Positions 23,048 through 34,466 are shown, counted from the first letter of the whole stretch. The stretch: 63,398 nucleotides of DNA, filler included, from Malassezia furfur (GCA_052055015.1; 31 parts of 31 records of this genome joined end to end with filler, not necessarily neighbours in it); one strand, 5' to 3'. Notes: generated from the letters alone by a model not told the origin. Translations and numbers: made by a program.

Positions 23048-25002
23048 GGTGGCTCCGGCGGCATCGGGGGCTAGGGGGGCAACGGGGGCAACGGAGGTTC
23101 CGGTGGCAAGGGCGGCCATGGCGGCAAAGGCGGTCATGGCGGCAACGGTGGCTCTGGTGGCTCCGGTGGCTCCGGCGGCTCCGGCGGCAACGGGGGCAAC
23201 GGGGGCAACGGAGGTTCCGGTGGCAAGGGCGGCCATGGAGGCAAAGGCGGTCATGGCGGCAAGGGCGGCCACGGAGGCAAGGGTGGTCATGGCGGCCACG
23301 GTGGAAAAGGCGGTCCTGGTGGCCCTGGCTCTGGCGGTCCTGGGGGTCCCGGGGGCTCTGGCGGTCCCGGCGGTCCCGGAGGCTCTGGTGGTCCAGGAGG
23401 CAACGGCGGCGGAAGCCCTGGTCAGCCTGGTCAGCCTGGTCAGCCTGGTCAGCCGGGCGCACCTGGTCGTCCTGGGTCCCCTGGTTGGCCTGGCAGTGGC
23501 TCGCCTGGCGGCCCTGGCGGTAACGGCGGCCACGGGGGCCGCGGAGGCTCCGGTGGTTCTGGCGGCTCTGGCGGTAACGGAGGCAACGGAGGCAACGGAG
23601 GCTCTGGTGGCCGCGGAGGCAACGGTGGTTCCGGCGGCTCTGGGGGCAACGGAGGCAACGGNNNNNNNNNNNNNNNNNNNNNNNNNNNNNNNNNNNNNNN
23701 NNNNNNNNNNNNNNNNNNNNNNNNNNNNNNNNNNNNNNNNNNNNGGCAACGGAGGCAACGGAGGCTCTGGTGGCCGCGGAGGCAACGGTGGTTCCGGCGG
23801 CTCTGGGGGCAACGGAGGCAACGGTGGTTCCGGAGGCTCTGGGGGCAACGGAGGCAACGGTGGTTCCGGTGGCCGCGGAGGCAACGGAGGCAATGGTGGC
23901 AACGGAGGCAACGGAGGCAATGGTGGCTCTGGGGGCAACGGCGGCAACGGCGGCAACGGCGGTCCCGGTGGCCCTGGCGGCTCCGGCCCCAAGGGTCCTA
24001 AGCCTACGCCTACGTCTACCGTCCCCACGTCGGGTCCTCATGGACCGGGCGGTCCCGGCGGTCCTGGCGGTCCTGGCGGCCCGGGCGGCCCGGGTGGCCC
24101 AGGTGGGCCTGGTGGTCCCGGGGGCTCCGGCAGCCGTGGGGGCTCGAGCCCGAGTCCGTACCCCTCTTGGCCCAATGGTCCGGGCGGTCCGGGCGGTCCG
24201 GGTGGTCCGGGTGGTCCGGGCGGCCCTGGTGGTCCGGGCGGCCGTGGCGGTGGGGGCGGCAGCTCGCCGTCGATCCCCTGGATCCCGACTGGGCCCAGCT
24301 CCTCTGGTCCTGGTGGTCCTGGCGGTCCTGGTGGTCCTGGTGGTCCGGGTGGTCCGGGTGGTCCAGGGGGCTCTGGTGGCAACCAGCCGTACACACCGTA
24401 CCCCTCTGGTCCGGCACCGAGCGGTCCGCGGGGCCCGCAGGGCCCGCAAGGCCCTCCTGGCCCGGCGGGTCCTAGCGGTCCGAGCGGTCCGAGCGGCCCG
24501 AGCGGCCCGCGGGGTCCGAGCCCGTACCAGCCGACGTGGCCTTCCCAGGGTGGCAGTCCGCCGGTGCCCAGCACTCCCATCGTGCCCAGCCAGCCGCAGC
24601 CGCAGCCGCCGTCGACTGGCGGGGGTGGTGGTGGTGGCGGCGGCGACGACTGCCCTGACTGCGACGAAGGCCCCATCGTGCCGGACTGCCCGGATTGCGA
24701 CCAAGGTCCTATCGTGCCCGACTGCCCCGAGTGCGAGGAGGGCCAGGGCGTGCCCGACTACCCCGAGGGCGACTGCCCCGAAGGTGAAGAGACACCGACG
24801 TTCCCCGACACGCAAGACTGCCCTGAATGTGACGAGGCGCCGACGTTCCCCGACACACAAGACTGCCCCGAATGTGACGAGGCACCGACGTTCCCCGACA
24901 CACAAGACTGCCCCGAGTGTCAAGATGTCATCCCCGACACGTCCGACGCCCCGTGCGACGAGGGCGATGGGGGCTTTGACGGGGGCTTTGACGGGGGCTT
25001 TG
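23048..25002 (+). CDS. Gly-rich / collagen-like repeat protein with acidic CxxC repeats (both ends missing, internal 83-N gap)
   Basis: [15 protein letters not shown] triplets with varied third codon positions, 11 GPX triplets, DCPxC repeats. A TAG at 23072-23074 near the contig edge is probably a base-call error. Confidence 0.75.
24648..24920 (+). repeat. Coding tandem repeats: 36-nt ([16 protein letters not shown]) x3 and 45-nt ([15 protein letters not shown]) x3
   Basis: Read directly from the sequence. Confidence 0.85.
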
Positions 25003-25102
25003 NNNNNNNNNNNNNNNNNNNNNNNNNNNNNNNNNNNNNNNNNNNNTTAATTAATTAANNNNNNNNNNNNNNNNNNNNNNNNNNNNNNNNNNNNNNNNNN
25101 NN

Positions 25103-27056
25103 CACGGCAAAACCATCCCGGTAGAAATTCATGGCGAATACGCTGGGCCGTCGGACGTGACCTGGCTCAATGAGGGTATCAAGTTGCTGCAGATCTCATC
25201 GCACCTCCCCGCCCGTCACTTCAGTGTCATCAAGGCAATTGAACTGAACGAGTTGACCCTGATGTTCACAACGAAAACGGCTTGGCGACCCTCGACGAGC
25301 TCGTCCAACACCGAGGCGCCTTTCTACATACCATTTGGCTTCCCAATCGACATCACTGAGGCAGGCGGTGGGTTTATCGAGGGCTACAAGGGCACCGACT
25401 TGGCCATTCTCGACATCCCCATGTCGCCGGCGGTGACGGACGTACAGCAGCGCATTCTGACCCTCAAGTTCAGTGATGTGCCGATGGCAGCGTACGGGAA
25501 CAAGCACAGTCAGTTCTCTGGCTTCCTGGCCGACACAACTGCGCAGAAGAGCGTCACGTTCCAGCTGCATGGAAGCGCCGATTCCGTGGCGCGGACAGCA
25601 GCGGGTGTGGTCACCATCAGCGATATTCCATTCAGCGTGACTACCTCGCTGGACGGCCTGCAAAACCTGAATGCGCGGCCTGTTGTAACATCCGATCTGG
25701 ACGTGAAGCATGGCTACAAGAGCTACCTGCTGATCACCCTGAAGGCATCTCTGTACAATCCGTCCCACATCACCATTGGGACGGGGGACGTGTCTTTCAA
25801 TCTGCAGTACAAGAACCATCCGATCGGTACGGCCGAGATTTCTGGCTTGATCTTGAAGCCTGGGGTGAACAACATTTCCACGAGTGTGCATTACTCTCCA
25901 CATGGCTCTAGCAATGTGGCAGCGGGTCAAAATCTGCTGGAGAACTATGTCCAAGGTGTCGTCTCAACCGCCAGGATTTTGGGGTCGCGGGACACGACAC
26001 CAATCGCATCCCTGAAAGAAGCGCTATCTGGAATCCAGCTCTCTACGCAAATTCCGCCACTGCACCAGCTGCTTATTATTGAGGCAAAACTGGTCATCCC
26101 GAAGAACATTGCGCAGTCAAGCACCGCGCAGGCGAGCTTCCAGCTGAAGAATCCGTTTACGGCGTCGATCAACCTGCTCAAGGTGAATGCGAAGGCATCG
26201 TACCAGGGAATCTATCTCGGTGTCATCGACCAGAGTCTTTCGCCAGCGATTCGCGCCAATGGACATACGACCATTACGTCCCGGACACTGCCACTCAAGA
26301 TGGACCTTGATCCGAAGCACCTGATCCAATTTGTGGAAAAGGCCGCGGCGAACACCAATACGGACCTAGGCCCGCTTACGGAGCAGTTCAACAAGGTGAT
26401 GGCCATGTCAAGCACCAAGACGACAATCCAGCCATACCCGGATTCGGACCCGCCGAGCTGGCATTCGGGTCGCCAGTTCGACGTGTTCGGTGCGGTAATG
26501 TCTCTGCTGAAGGGCCTCAAAGTGACGCTGGACATTCAGTCGACGGTGAAGCTGGACGACTACCAGACGAACCTCAACTTCCAGCAGTCTCCTGTGCCGA
26601 CGGATACGGACCGCACTGCGCTGTACCTCATCGGGCCGATTGGTGCGCCAATTGTGCAGAACCTCGTGGACCAAGCGACGTTGTCGTTCTCGATGACGAA
26701 CATCACCAAGCTGCGGGACGATGGATTCCATCTGGATCTGCAGGGGCAGCTGCTTAACACGGGACCGTTTGATGCGCAGATTGAGTTCCCCGAAGGTGTG
26801 TCGGTGACCTGGGAGGGACAGAGCATCGCGACGATTCAGCTGCCTGCAATCCGAGCATTTGCGTACGAGGGTGTACCAAACCTTCGGACGACGGGCGAGC
26901 TGAAGATCACGAACCAGGCCGGCTTCACGAAGTTTACGACGTACATCTTGCACAATTCCGACTTCACGTGGACGATCAGCACGAACAAGCTGCGAGTACG
27001 AGCGCTGAACATTGTGTTTGACGACGTGAAGATCAGCAAGACGCTGCATTTCAAGG
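25103..27056 (+). CDS. Large DUF3712-type repeat protein (internal fragment)
   Basis: Open frame across the contig; PFYIPFGFPIDI, LYNPSHITIGTGDVSF, GQLLNTGPFDAQIEFP, FTWTIST. Confidence 0.7.
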
Positions 27057-27156
27057 NNNNNNNNNNNNNNNNNNNNNNNNNNNNNNNNNNNNNNNNNNNN
27101 TTAATTAATTAANNNNNNNNNNNNNNNNNNNNNNNNNNNNNNNNNNNNNNNNNNNN

Positions 27157-27421
27157 GCAGCTGTGTCGTCGCCGCCGCCCCCGCTGCCCGCGCGAGCCGC
27201 CGCGACGGCCCAGACGCCGCCCGGCGACGAAGCCGTTGCGCTATATACGTACGTGTGGAGCCTCACGCAGCTTTGCCGGGACCGAGCCGGGCGACTTGCA
27301 TGTGGACGAGGGCGAGCACATCTACCTGCTCGAGGCCGTGTCCGACGACTGGTGGCGCGCCCAGTCGCTCGACGGCGCGCGCACGGGCATTGTGCCCACG
27401 ACGTACGTACAGCAGCTGTAG
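27157..27421 (+). CDS. C-terminal SH3 domain protein (3' end)
   Basis: PPPPLPAR then ALYT|FAGTEPGDL...DDWW...GIVPTTYV; a 22-nt intron at 27249-27270 restores the frame. Confidence 0.85.
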
Positions 27422-27539
27422 CACGCGCGGTGATTGGCCACGTGGGTACACGTGGCACGCGCCGCACGGGAACGTGGACCCGCGTGCTGAGGAGCCGCGT
27501 GTTTTGCCACGAGGCCCGACGATTGCGCGCGTGCCGTGA
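27422..27539. promoter_or_regulatory. E-box cluster upstream of a bHLH gene
   Basis: CACGTG at 27439 and 27449, several one-mismatch variants, and ATTGG at 27433. Confidence 0.5.
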
Positions 27540-28871
27540 ATGAGCGAAGACGCCCTGAGTTACATTCCCTCATCGGTGGTCCCACGAGGCTCGGAGAGCG
27601 CGTCTCGACTTAGCCCCCTAGGGTCGTTGGACAGCCAACACCAGTCGCCGTATCCGATGCACAGCGCCACGGGCAAACCCGAAGGGAGCGACGTGCCCTT
27701 CCAGTCTGCGCCCGGCGGCGACGCCTACGCGCCGGGCAAAAAGCAAGGCGCGTCCGACGCGGAGGGCGCGTCGCAGATGGACCCCCACCTGCCCGGCGGG
27801 CGGCGCACCGAGGGCACGCCGTCCGGATACCCCCACGTGCGCCAGGAGCAGCCGCCGTACCGGCTCGACCTGCTGCAGACCGACCCGAACCTCGAGACGA
27901 ACGCGTCGCTGCAGGGCGACGGCGCGTCGGAGCACGCGGACCATGTCACACGCGCGTTCCCCTTCCTGTCGAACTCGATCGGCACGCAGGAGGGCGACGG
28001 GCGCGCGGCCATCTTCCCGCCCAACTTCGGCGGCGACGACGCATACAAGAAGGCGGAGCCGCCGGCGCCGCTCGGCGACGAGAGCGGCTCGAGCCTGCAC
28101 TCCAAGGCGCAGCGCGGCCCGTCGGCATACGATGCACTGCCTGAGAAGAAGGAGACACCGTACAGCCGCAGCCCCAGCCTGCGCGTCACGCACAAGATTG
28201 CGGAGCGCAAGCGCCGCAAGGAGATGAAGGACCTGTTCGAGGAGCTGAAGGACTACGTGCCGGTCGACCGCGGCCCCAAGACGAGCAAGGGCGACATCCT
28301 CACCAAGGCCGTGCTGCAGTTCCAGACGCTGCACCGCGAGCGCGAGCACCTCATCGAGGCGCTCGAGGCCGCACACCACGAGCTCAACCAGCTGCGCCAG
28401 GTCGCCGGCGGCCAGGACGCGAGCGGCGCCAACATGCAGCCGCATGTGTACCCCCACTCGTCGCAGTACATGCCGCCGCGCTCCTCGGACGCGCGGCTGC
28501 ACACGGGCATGCTGCCGAACGCGCCAGACCAGGGCGCAATGCGCGACAAGCCCGGCGAGGGCCGCGCAGTCAACTTGCCGGTGAACAGCGGGCGGAACGA
28601 GTCGTTCTTGTCGGACCTGCGCCTTGACCGGCTGCGCCAGGGCGACGACGGCGTGCACCCGAGCTTCAAGCCGCTCGAGCAGGGCGCGGTGCTCGACCAG
28701 TCGCTCAACTCGCGCTCCTTCCAGCCCGAGTCGTACCAGTCCTCGCTCGAGATCGGCTCGGGGCAGGACGCAGTGATGGGCCAGGACGCGGCGCAGCGCG
28801 GCATGACGCAGGACGCGCCACGCGAGGGCATGTTGCCGGACGCGCCGGGCAACGACGCGCCCGCTCTGTAG
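27540..28871 (+). CDS. bHLH-zipper transcription factor
   Basis: RVTHKIAERKRRKEMKDLFEELKDYVP...SKGDILTKAVLQF followed by a coiled coil. Confidence 0.88.
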   Translation: MSEDALSYIPSSVVPRGSESASRLSPLGSLDSQHQSPYPMHSATGKPEGSDVPFQSAPGGDAYAPGKKQGASDAEGASQMDPHLPGGRRTEGTPSGYPHVRQEQPPYRLDLLQTDPNLETNASLQGDGASEHADHVTRAFPFLSNSIGTQEGDGRAAIFPPNFGGDDAYKKAEPPAPLGDESGSSLHSKAQRGPSAYDALPEKKETPYSRSPSLRVTHKIAERKRRKEMKDLFEELKDYVPVDRGPKTSKGDILTKAVLQFQTLHREREHLIEALEAAHHELNQLRQVAGGQDASGANMQPHVYPHSSQYMPPRSSDARLHTGMLPNAPDQGAMRDKPGEGRAVNLPVNSGRNESFLSDLRLDRLRQGDDGVHPSFKPLEQGAVLDQSLNSRSFQPESYQSSLEIGSGQDAVMGQDAAQRGMTQDAPREGMLPDAPGNDAPAL

Positions 28872-29317
28872 GGACGTAGAGTAGACACGCGCGCCGCACG
28901 CGGCGCGCCTCGGTTGGGATTTATTACACACGCGCCTTCCTCCACACGCGCCCACGTCTTCATGGCGCCGGACGAGCGAGGCGCGCAGGCGCCGCGCCTG
29001 TTTCCCATCTTTGCGGGCGGCGCGCCCCCCGTGCGCCCTCCGCCGAGTGGCCGCCGCACGCGCGCACCGGCGCGCACGTCCAGCGCCGGTGCCACGGCGA
29101 GCGGCAGCGNNNNNNNNNNNNNNNNNNNNNNNNNNNNNNNNNNNNNNNNNNNNTTAATTAATTAANNNNNNNNNNNNNNNNNNNNNNNNNNNNNNNNNNN
29201 NNNNNNNNNGGAAGAGGGACTAGGTACCAAGGTCTGCTTTTCCAGGATGCGGGTGGATCCGATGGGTCGGTGGTGGGCGCAGGTGGCCCGAGGGTGGCCA
29301 TCTGACATGAGCCGGCG

Positions 29318-29590
29318 GGCACTTTCCGAGGTGCCTGGTGGGTGGCTTCCGGCGTGCTGGCGGGTGGCTTCCGATGTGGGTCGGTGGGAATTTTCCGAGG
29401 TGTCTGGCGAGTGGCTTCCGACGTGCCTGGCAGGTGGCTTCCGACGTGCCTCAGCAGGTGGCTTCTGACGTGCCTGCGGGTGGCTTCCGACTTGCCTGGC
29501 GGGTGGCTTCCGACGTGCCTCGGCGGGTGGCTTCCGACGCACCTCGGCGGCCACCTTCCGACGTGCCTCGGCATTCCCGACGTGCACCCG
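29318..29590. repeat. Minisatellite, ~12 copies of 22-24 nt, consensus GGTGGCTTCCGACGTGCCT(C)GGCG
   Basis: Units start at 29318, 29341, 29363, 29387, 29410, 29433, 29457, 29479, 29502, 29526, 29550; no spacers. Confidence 0.92.
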
Positions 29591-29668
29591 CACTTCCTCT
29601 CCAGCGCACATGGCACACCCGCCCACCCCCCTCCTACCCAACGACACTTCTTCTTTCCTACCTCGTCG

Positions 29669-31003
29669 CTACAGCTCATCGTGCGCGGTAGCCTTGTCGC
29701 CACCGGCCTCCTGCAGCTTGTGCTGCACCTCGCGGAACTGCTCGGCCTCGCGGTGCATCTGCTCCTGCGCAATCGCTTGCACCTCCTCCGGCGAGAGCGA
29801 CTGCGAGGCGGCCTCTGCGGCGCTCGCCGTCTTGTCGGCGAGATCGCTCGCGGCCTTGTTGGCGACGCTCGCGATGCGCTCGTTCATGAACGCGGTGAGC
29901 ACGTTGTAGCGGCGCTGGAGCTGGTCGATCTTGTCCTCGGTAAACTTGCCCGTGCCCTGCGCGTGGCGCTCGAGGAGGTGGGCGATGCGCTCCGCCTCCT
30001 TCTGCACGTACTGCGTCCCGTCGCGGAGCGACTTCTCCATCACGCGCAGGTAGTACGCGGCGGCCGAGTCCTTGGCGGGCGAGCGCTCCTTGGTGCGCAG
30101 CTCGTCGGCAAACTTGCGCGCCTCGTCGACGACGCTCTTGCGCACGTTGTCGGCGGCCGTGTAGAAGCGCGCGGCGAGGCCGTCGAGCGACGGCATGCGG
30201 CCGGCGTACGGCGTGAGCGAGCCGTCCGACTTGCGGAAGGTGAAGCACTTCTCGTTGAGGAAGCTGATGAAGTCCTCCTCGGTGCGGTCCTTGAGGTACG
30301 GGCGCGGCCACTTGTCGTCGGAGCCCTGCGGGAAGAAGAGGAGGGTGGGGTAGCTGCTGATCTGGAAGCGGCGCTTCACGTCGGCGTTCTGCGCGTCGTC
30401 CGCGTTGAGCTTGGCGACGACGCAGTTCGTGTCGCGGCGGAACACCTTGGCGACCTTTTCGTAGATCGGCGCGAGGTTCTTGCAGTGCGCACACCACGGC
30501 GCGTAGAACTCGACGAGGACGTCCTTCTTGGGGTCCATCACCACCGCGTCAAAGTTGGCGGTGGTCAGCTCGACGACCGCGGGCGGCTCGGGCGCGGGCA
30601 TGCGGCTGCGCACGCCGCTCTGCTCCGTGACGAACTGCGCGAGCGCCTCGGCGGTGCGTGCGCCGGTGTAGTCCACCGGCTCGTCGGAGTTGGCGGCGTA
30701 CCACTTGATCGTCGGGAAGCCGCGGATGCCCGCGCGGCGGCCGAGCTCCTTGTTCGCGTCCGCATCGACCTTGGCGATGCGCACGCGGTCCTGCTTCTTC
30801 TCAAACGCGTCCGCAAGCTTCTCGTACTCGGGGGCGAGGCGCTTGCAGTGCCCACACCACGGCGCAAAGTACTCGACGAGCACGCCCGCCGACTTGCCGA
30901 CGGTCGCGTCATACACCTCCGTCTTGGTCAGGTCCAGCACATTCGAGGCGTGCACCAGCACGGCACTCAGCACGGCCAGCACGAGGCCGAACGCAATCCG
31001 CAT
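29669..31003 (-). CDS. ER protein disulfide isomerase, ERp38/TigA type
   Basis: Signal peptide, WCGHC and WCAHC thioredoxin sites, helical C-terminal domain, HDEL. Confidence 0.92.
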   Translation of the reverse strand: MRIAFGLVLAVLSAVLVHASNVLDLTKTEVYDATVGKSAGVLVEYFAPWCGHCKRLAPEYEKLADAFEKKQDRVRIAKVDADANKELGRRAGIRGFPTIKWYAANSDEPVDYTGARTAEALAQFVTEQSGVRSRMPAPEPPAVVELTTANFDAVVMDPKKDVLVEFYAPWCAHCKNLAPIYEKVAKVFRRDTNCVVAKLNADDAQNADVKRRFQISSYPTLLFFPQGSDDKWPRPYLKDRTEEDFISFLNEKCFTFRKSDGSLTPYAGRMPSLDGLAARFYTAADNVRKSVVDEARKFADELRTKERSPAKDSAAAYYLRVMEKSLRDGTQYVQKEAERIAHLLERHAQGTGKFTEDKIDQLQRRYNVLTAFMNERIASVANKAASDLADKTASAAEAASQSLSPEEVQAIAQEQMHREAEQFREVQHKLQEAGGDKATAHDEL

Positions 31004-31256
31004 CGTGCACGAAGCAAAACCTTCCCCGCCCGATCGCACGACACGTCAACACCCCCGATCGATGCCCGATGCCATGCTCGTGCCCCGCAGCGTCGCGGGC
31101 ACCAAGCGGCGGCCCCCGGCGCGCGGCGGCGCAACGCCGGGCGCCGTCGCGCACGTNNNNNNNNNNNNNNNNNNNNNNNNNNNNNNNNNNNNNNNNNNNN
31201 TTAATTAATTAANNNNNNNNNNNNNNNNNNNNNNNNNNNNNNNNNNNNNNNNNNNN

Positions 31257-31710
31257 TGCGACACCCGCGGCGTCGGCCGCGCCGGCCGCGCCTTCGCCCG
31301 ACGCGAGCCCCGGCGTGACCGACTTGGACGTGGTGGTGGCGCAGCTCGACGACCCCGCGACGCAGTACGAGTGGGCGACGCTGTTGGGCGAGTTTTTGGG
31401 CCCTGCGTCCACCACGAAGCTCACGTCGGACGAGCTGCAGGCGATTGCGGTCGGGCGCGTGGAGCTGGACCACCAGCGCGTGTCGTCCTCCGGCAAGCTC
31501 AAAAAGAAGCTGAGCGTCGTGGGCGTGCGTGTGGACCGGTGCGGCATCTGCCTGCAGCAGTTCCGCGAGGGCCAACTGGCGTGCATCTGGCCGTGTGTGC
31601 ACATGTACGTGGCGAGAGACTAACGCAGCTTCCACAACGAGTGCACCGTGCAGCACCTCCGTACGAGCCGCGTGTGCCCCCTGTGCCGCCGGGACGTGGC
31701 GCATCCGTAG
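31257..31710 (+). CDS. RING-H2 finger protein, C-terminus
   Basis: CGIC...PCVHI|FHNEC...CPLCR. A 24-nt intron at 31605-31628 carries an in-frame TAA. Confidence 0.85.
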
Positions 31711-31744
31711 CACGTGTACCATACTGCCGAGGGCCTACGAGGAG

Positions 31745-33202
31745 CTAGTGCGCGAGGAGGTGGTGGATCGACTCGGCGAGCTCGTGCCCCGCCTTGTCGA
31801 AGTCGATCGGCACCGCCTGCGTCGTGGTGTAGCGCACGCGATTCGTGTCCTGCGTGAGTGAGGGGGCACGTACGTTGAACGTCTCCTGCTTGGCGCGGCA
31901 GCTGAAGAGGAGCATGCGCCCCACGGCGCGCTGGAGCACCGCCTTGAACTCGGCCTCGCTCTCGTTCTGGGTGAGTGGGAAAACGACGTACGCGGAGCGC
32001 ATCGAGCTCGTCGGCGCTGATGCCGAGCAGCTGCTGCCCGATCTCGTTGAAGCCGCTGATCCAGATCTGGCCCGAGTAGTCGGCAATGTTCGCCGAGAAG
32101 ATGTAGCGGCGCACCGGCGCGGGGAAGCTCCGGTCGCACTTTTCGCAGCGCCACCCGTCGCCCTCGTCGATGACCTTCTTGTTGCACTCGGGGCACGCGG
32201 TGTAGTACAGGTTGTTCGGCCGGATGTAGAGGATCGTCGCGCGCGTGTTGAAGTAGTCGGGGCGCTCCGACGAGGTGCCGAGCGACTCGTCCTTGACCTG
32301 CTCGAGCGTGCGCCGCTCGTTGGGGCGCAGCGCACCGCCCGCACCCGCCGGCGCCGCATCCGTGCGCGTAAACGACTTGATCTCGGCGGTGTGCCCGCCG
32401 TTGTCGTACCAGCCGCGCAGCCCGTGGCTCTCGGGGATGTCGGGGTTCAGCGACATGGACGAGCTCGAGAACATGGACAGGCTGCGCCCGCCAAAGTCGC
32501 TCACCTTGACGCCCTTGAACGCGAGCACCGGCTTCTCCTCGCCGGCGATCGTGCGCTCAAAGTTCTCCGCCTGCTGGCCCCAGAGCGTCAGGCGCACACT
32601 CATGCCGCTGCTGTCGATCAGCGTCAGCTCGCGCTTCTTGATTGGGCGCTGCGTCGCCTTGGACACGATCTCCGACACGTCCGAGTAGCTGTCGAGGATC
32701 GCCACCACGTCCGTCGTCTGGTTCGGCTCGACGGTGCTCAGGCGGTCGATCGGCACAAACTGGTACTTGACCTCGGGCACGTCGCTGGTCTCGGTGCACT
32801 CCTCGATCTCGCTGTTGCTCTCGAGCGCGATCTCGTACTCGTTCGGCAGGTTGCTAAACTGCTTCTTCGCAATGTTCACCTTGGCCTTGCTGATGAAGTA
32901 CACCTTGTTCTCCTGCAGCAGCGGGTAGAACCGGTCCACGGCATCGTTGAAGCCCGTCGCACGGATCTCGCCGCTCTCGTCCAGCAGGTTGACGCTGAAC
33001 AGCTTGCCTTCGCCGCGCGCGTTCGACCAGTGCTTGATGTCGGACTTGAGCGTGACGCGCGCCTTGATCGTCCACTTGTTCTGGTACGGCGACAGGGCCT
33101 CGATGGGGTACACGGGCAGACCGCTGCTCGCCTTCGCCACGCCGCGCGCGCCCGTCGCCGGGTTCGCCTTGGCCAGCGCCTGGGCGCCGACCGACGGCGC
33201 GG
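31745..33202 (-). CDS. RFA1: Replication protein A large subunit (5' truncated)
   Basis: LSPYQNKWTIKARVT, YTACPECNKKV, CEKC; introns 31967-31991 (25 nt) and 31850-31873 (24 nt). Confidence 0.95.
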
Positions 33203-33461
33203 NNNNNNNNNNNNNNNNNNNNNNNNNNNNNNNNNNNNNNNNNNNNTTAATTAATTAANNNNNNNNNNNNNNNNNNNNNNNNNNNNNNNNNNNNNNNNNN
33301 NNCGCCGCACGCTCACGCTGGACTTTGTGCCGACCATCGACGGGAACGGCGTGCGCCGCGTCGAAGGCGTCGGCGGCATGGCGTCCCAAGTGGAGGTCTG
33401 TGCCGCGACCCCCCTCTTGGCCCCAGGGGGCCGCGTGCGGTGGGTCGCATCGCTCGCTAGT

Positions 33462-34372
33462 CTACTGTGTCTGTGGACCGTACCCGCGCAAGCCCTCGGC
33501 AAAGCCCCACTCGGTCGAGACGCTGTACGGGTCGCCGATGTGGACGCCGTCCTTGGTGATCGTGGCGATTTGGAACTGCGGTCAGTGGGCGGCACACGTA
33601 CCCGGTTGAGGCTGCGCGCGTCGCGGTAGACTGGGGTTAGTGTGTGTGTGGCGAGGCGCGTACGTACATAGCACACGCATGCACTCTTCCATGATCTTGC
33701 GTGCCTCGTCCTCGGTGAGTGTGTCCTCGCGCCCCTCGACGGCCTTGCGGAGCATCGGCACGGCGAGGTGCAGACCGAATCCGGTCGCGATCGTGCTGTT
33801 CTCGTACGTGGTTCCGAGCAGGTCGACGTAGCCAAGGAACGGCTTGCCCGTCGCCGCGTCGAAGCCGCCAAGCACGAGCGCATTCCACAGCGGGTCCATC
33901 TTCGACCGGCGCTCGTACATGGTGCGCGCGAGGTACGCGTACACCTGCGGCGGCGTGAGGGCGTGCCCGTCGCCCGCATGCCGCTCCTCGGCGATCGTCT
34001 TGGCGAGCATGCGCTTAATGTTCTGCCAGTCGCTCATGTCGCCGCTCGCACCGACTACGACGTTGGTGCCGACCTTTTCGAGGCGGTGCACGTCCATGAA
34101 CCGCGCAAGCGAGCCGTACGATGCGAGCGTGTCGGTCGCGAGCATCACGCCGTCCTTGTACTGCAGGCCGAGCACCGAAGTACCGGTCACCACCGGCTGC
34201 CTGCGCGTCAGCAAAGGCGGCGCCGCCCAACGTACTGTGTCTTTTGCCGCGCATCGTCAAAGGCGTCCACCGGGCGCCTCTGGGGCGCATGCATATCCCA
34301 CACATGGCTGTTCGCAGACACTTGGTCGACGCTCGGCGTCGAGCTCCAGGTCTGGCCCGGATACGCTGACAT
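33462..34372 (-). CDS. PRE4: 20S proteasome beta-7 subunit
   Basis: TQQPVVTGTSV, LASYGSLARF, LFYRDARSLNR, GYGPQTQ*; introns 34201-34235, 33631-33667, 33576-33601. Confidence 0.95.
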
Positions 34373-34466
34373 CGTCGGTGCGTCGAGCCGTGGAGATCGG
34401 GGGCCTGGGCGCTGACGACGCCCGTCACGTGCGCGGTTCGGGGGCAGGGCATCATCGGCTGGCAGG

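Noticed and set aside
23049..23661. ORF-track Ala/Thr/Glu-rich (ATEA) translation, and the minus-strand PPLPP/PPG ORFs
   Set aside because: Off-frame or antisense readings of the Gly repeat; the 83-N gap length is an estimate and shifts the frame.
29318..29590. CRISPR array
   Set aside because: Head-to-tail degenerate units without unique spacers, no cas genes, eukaryotic context.
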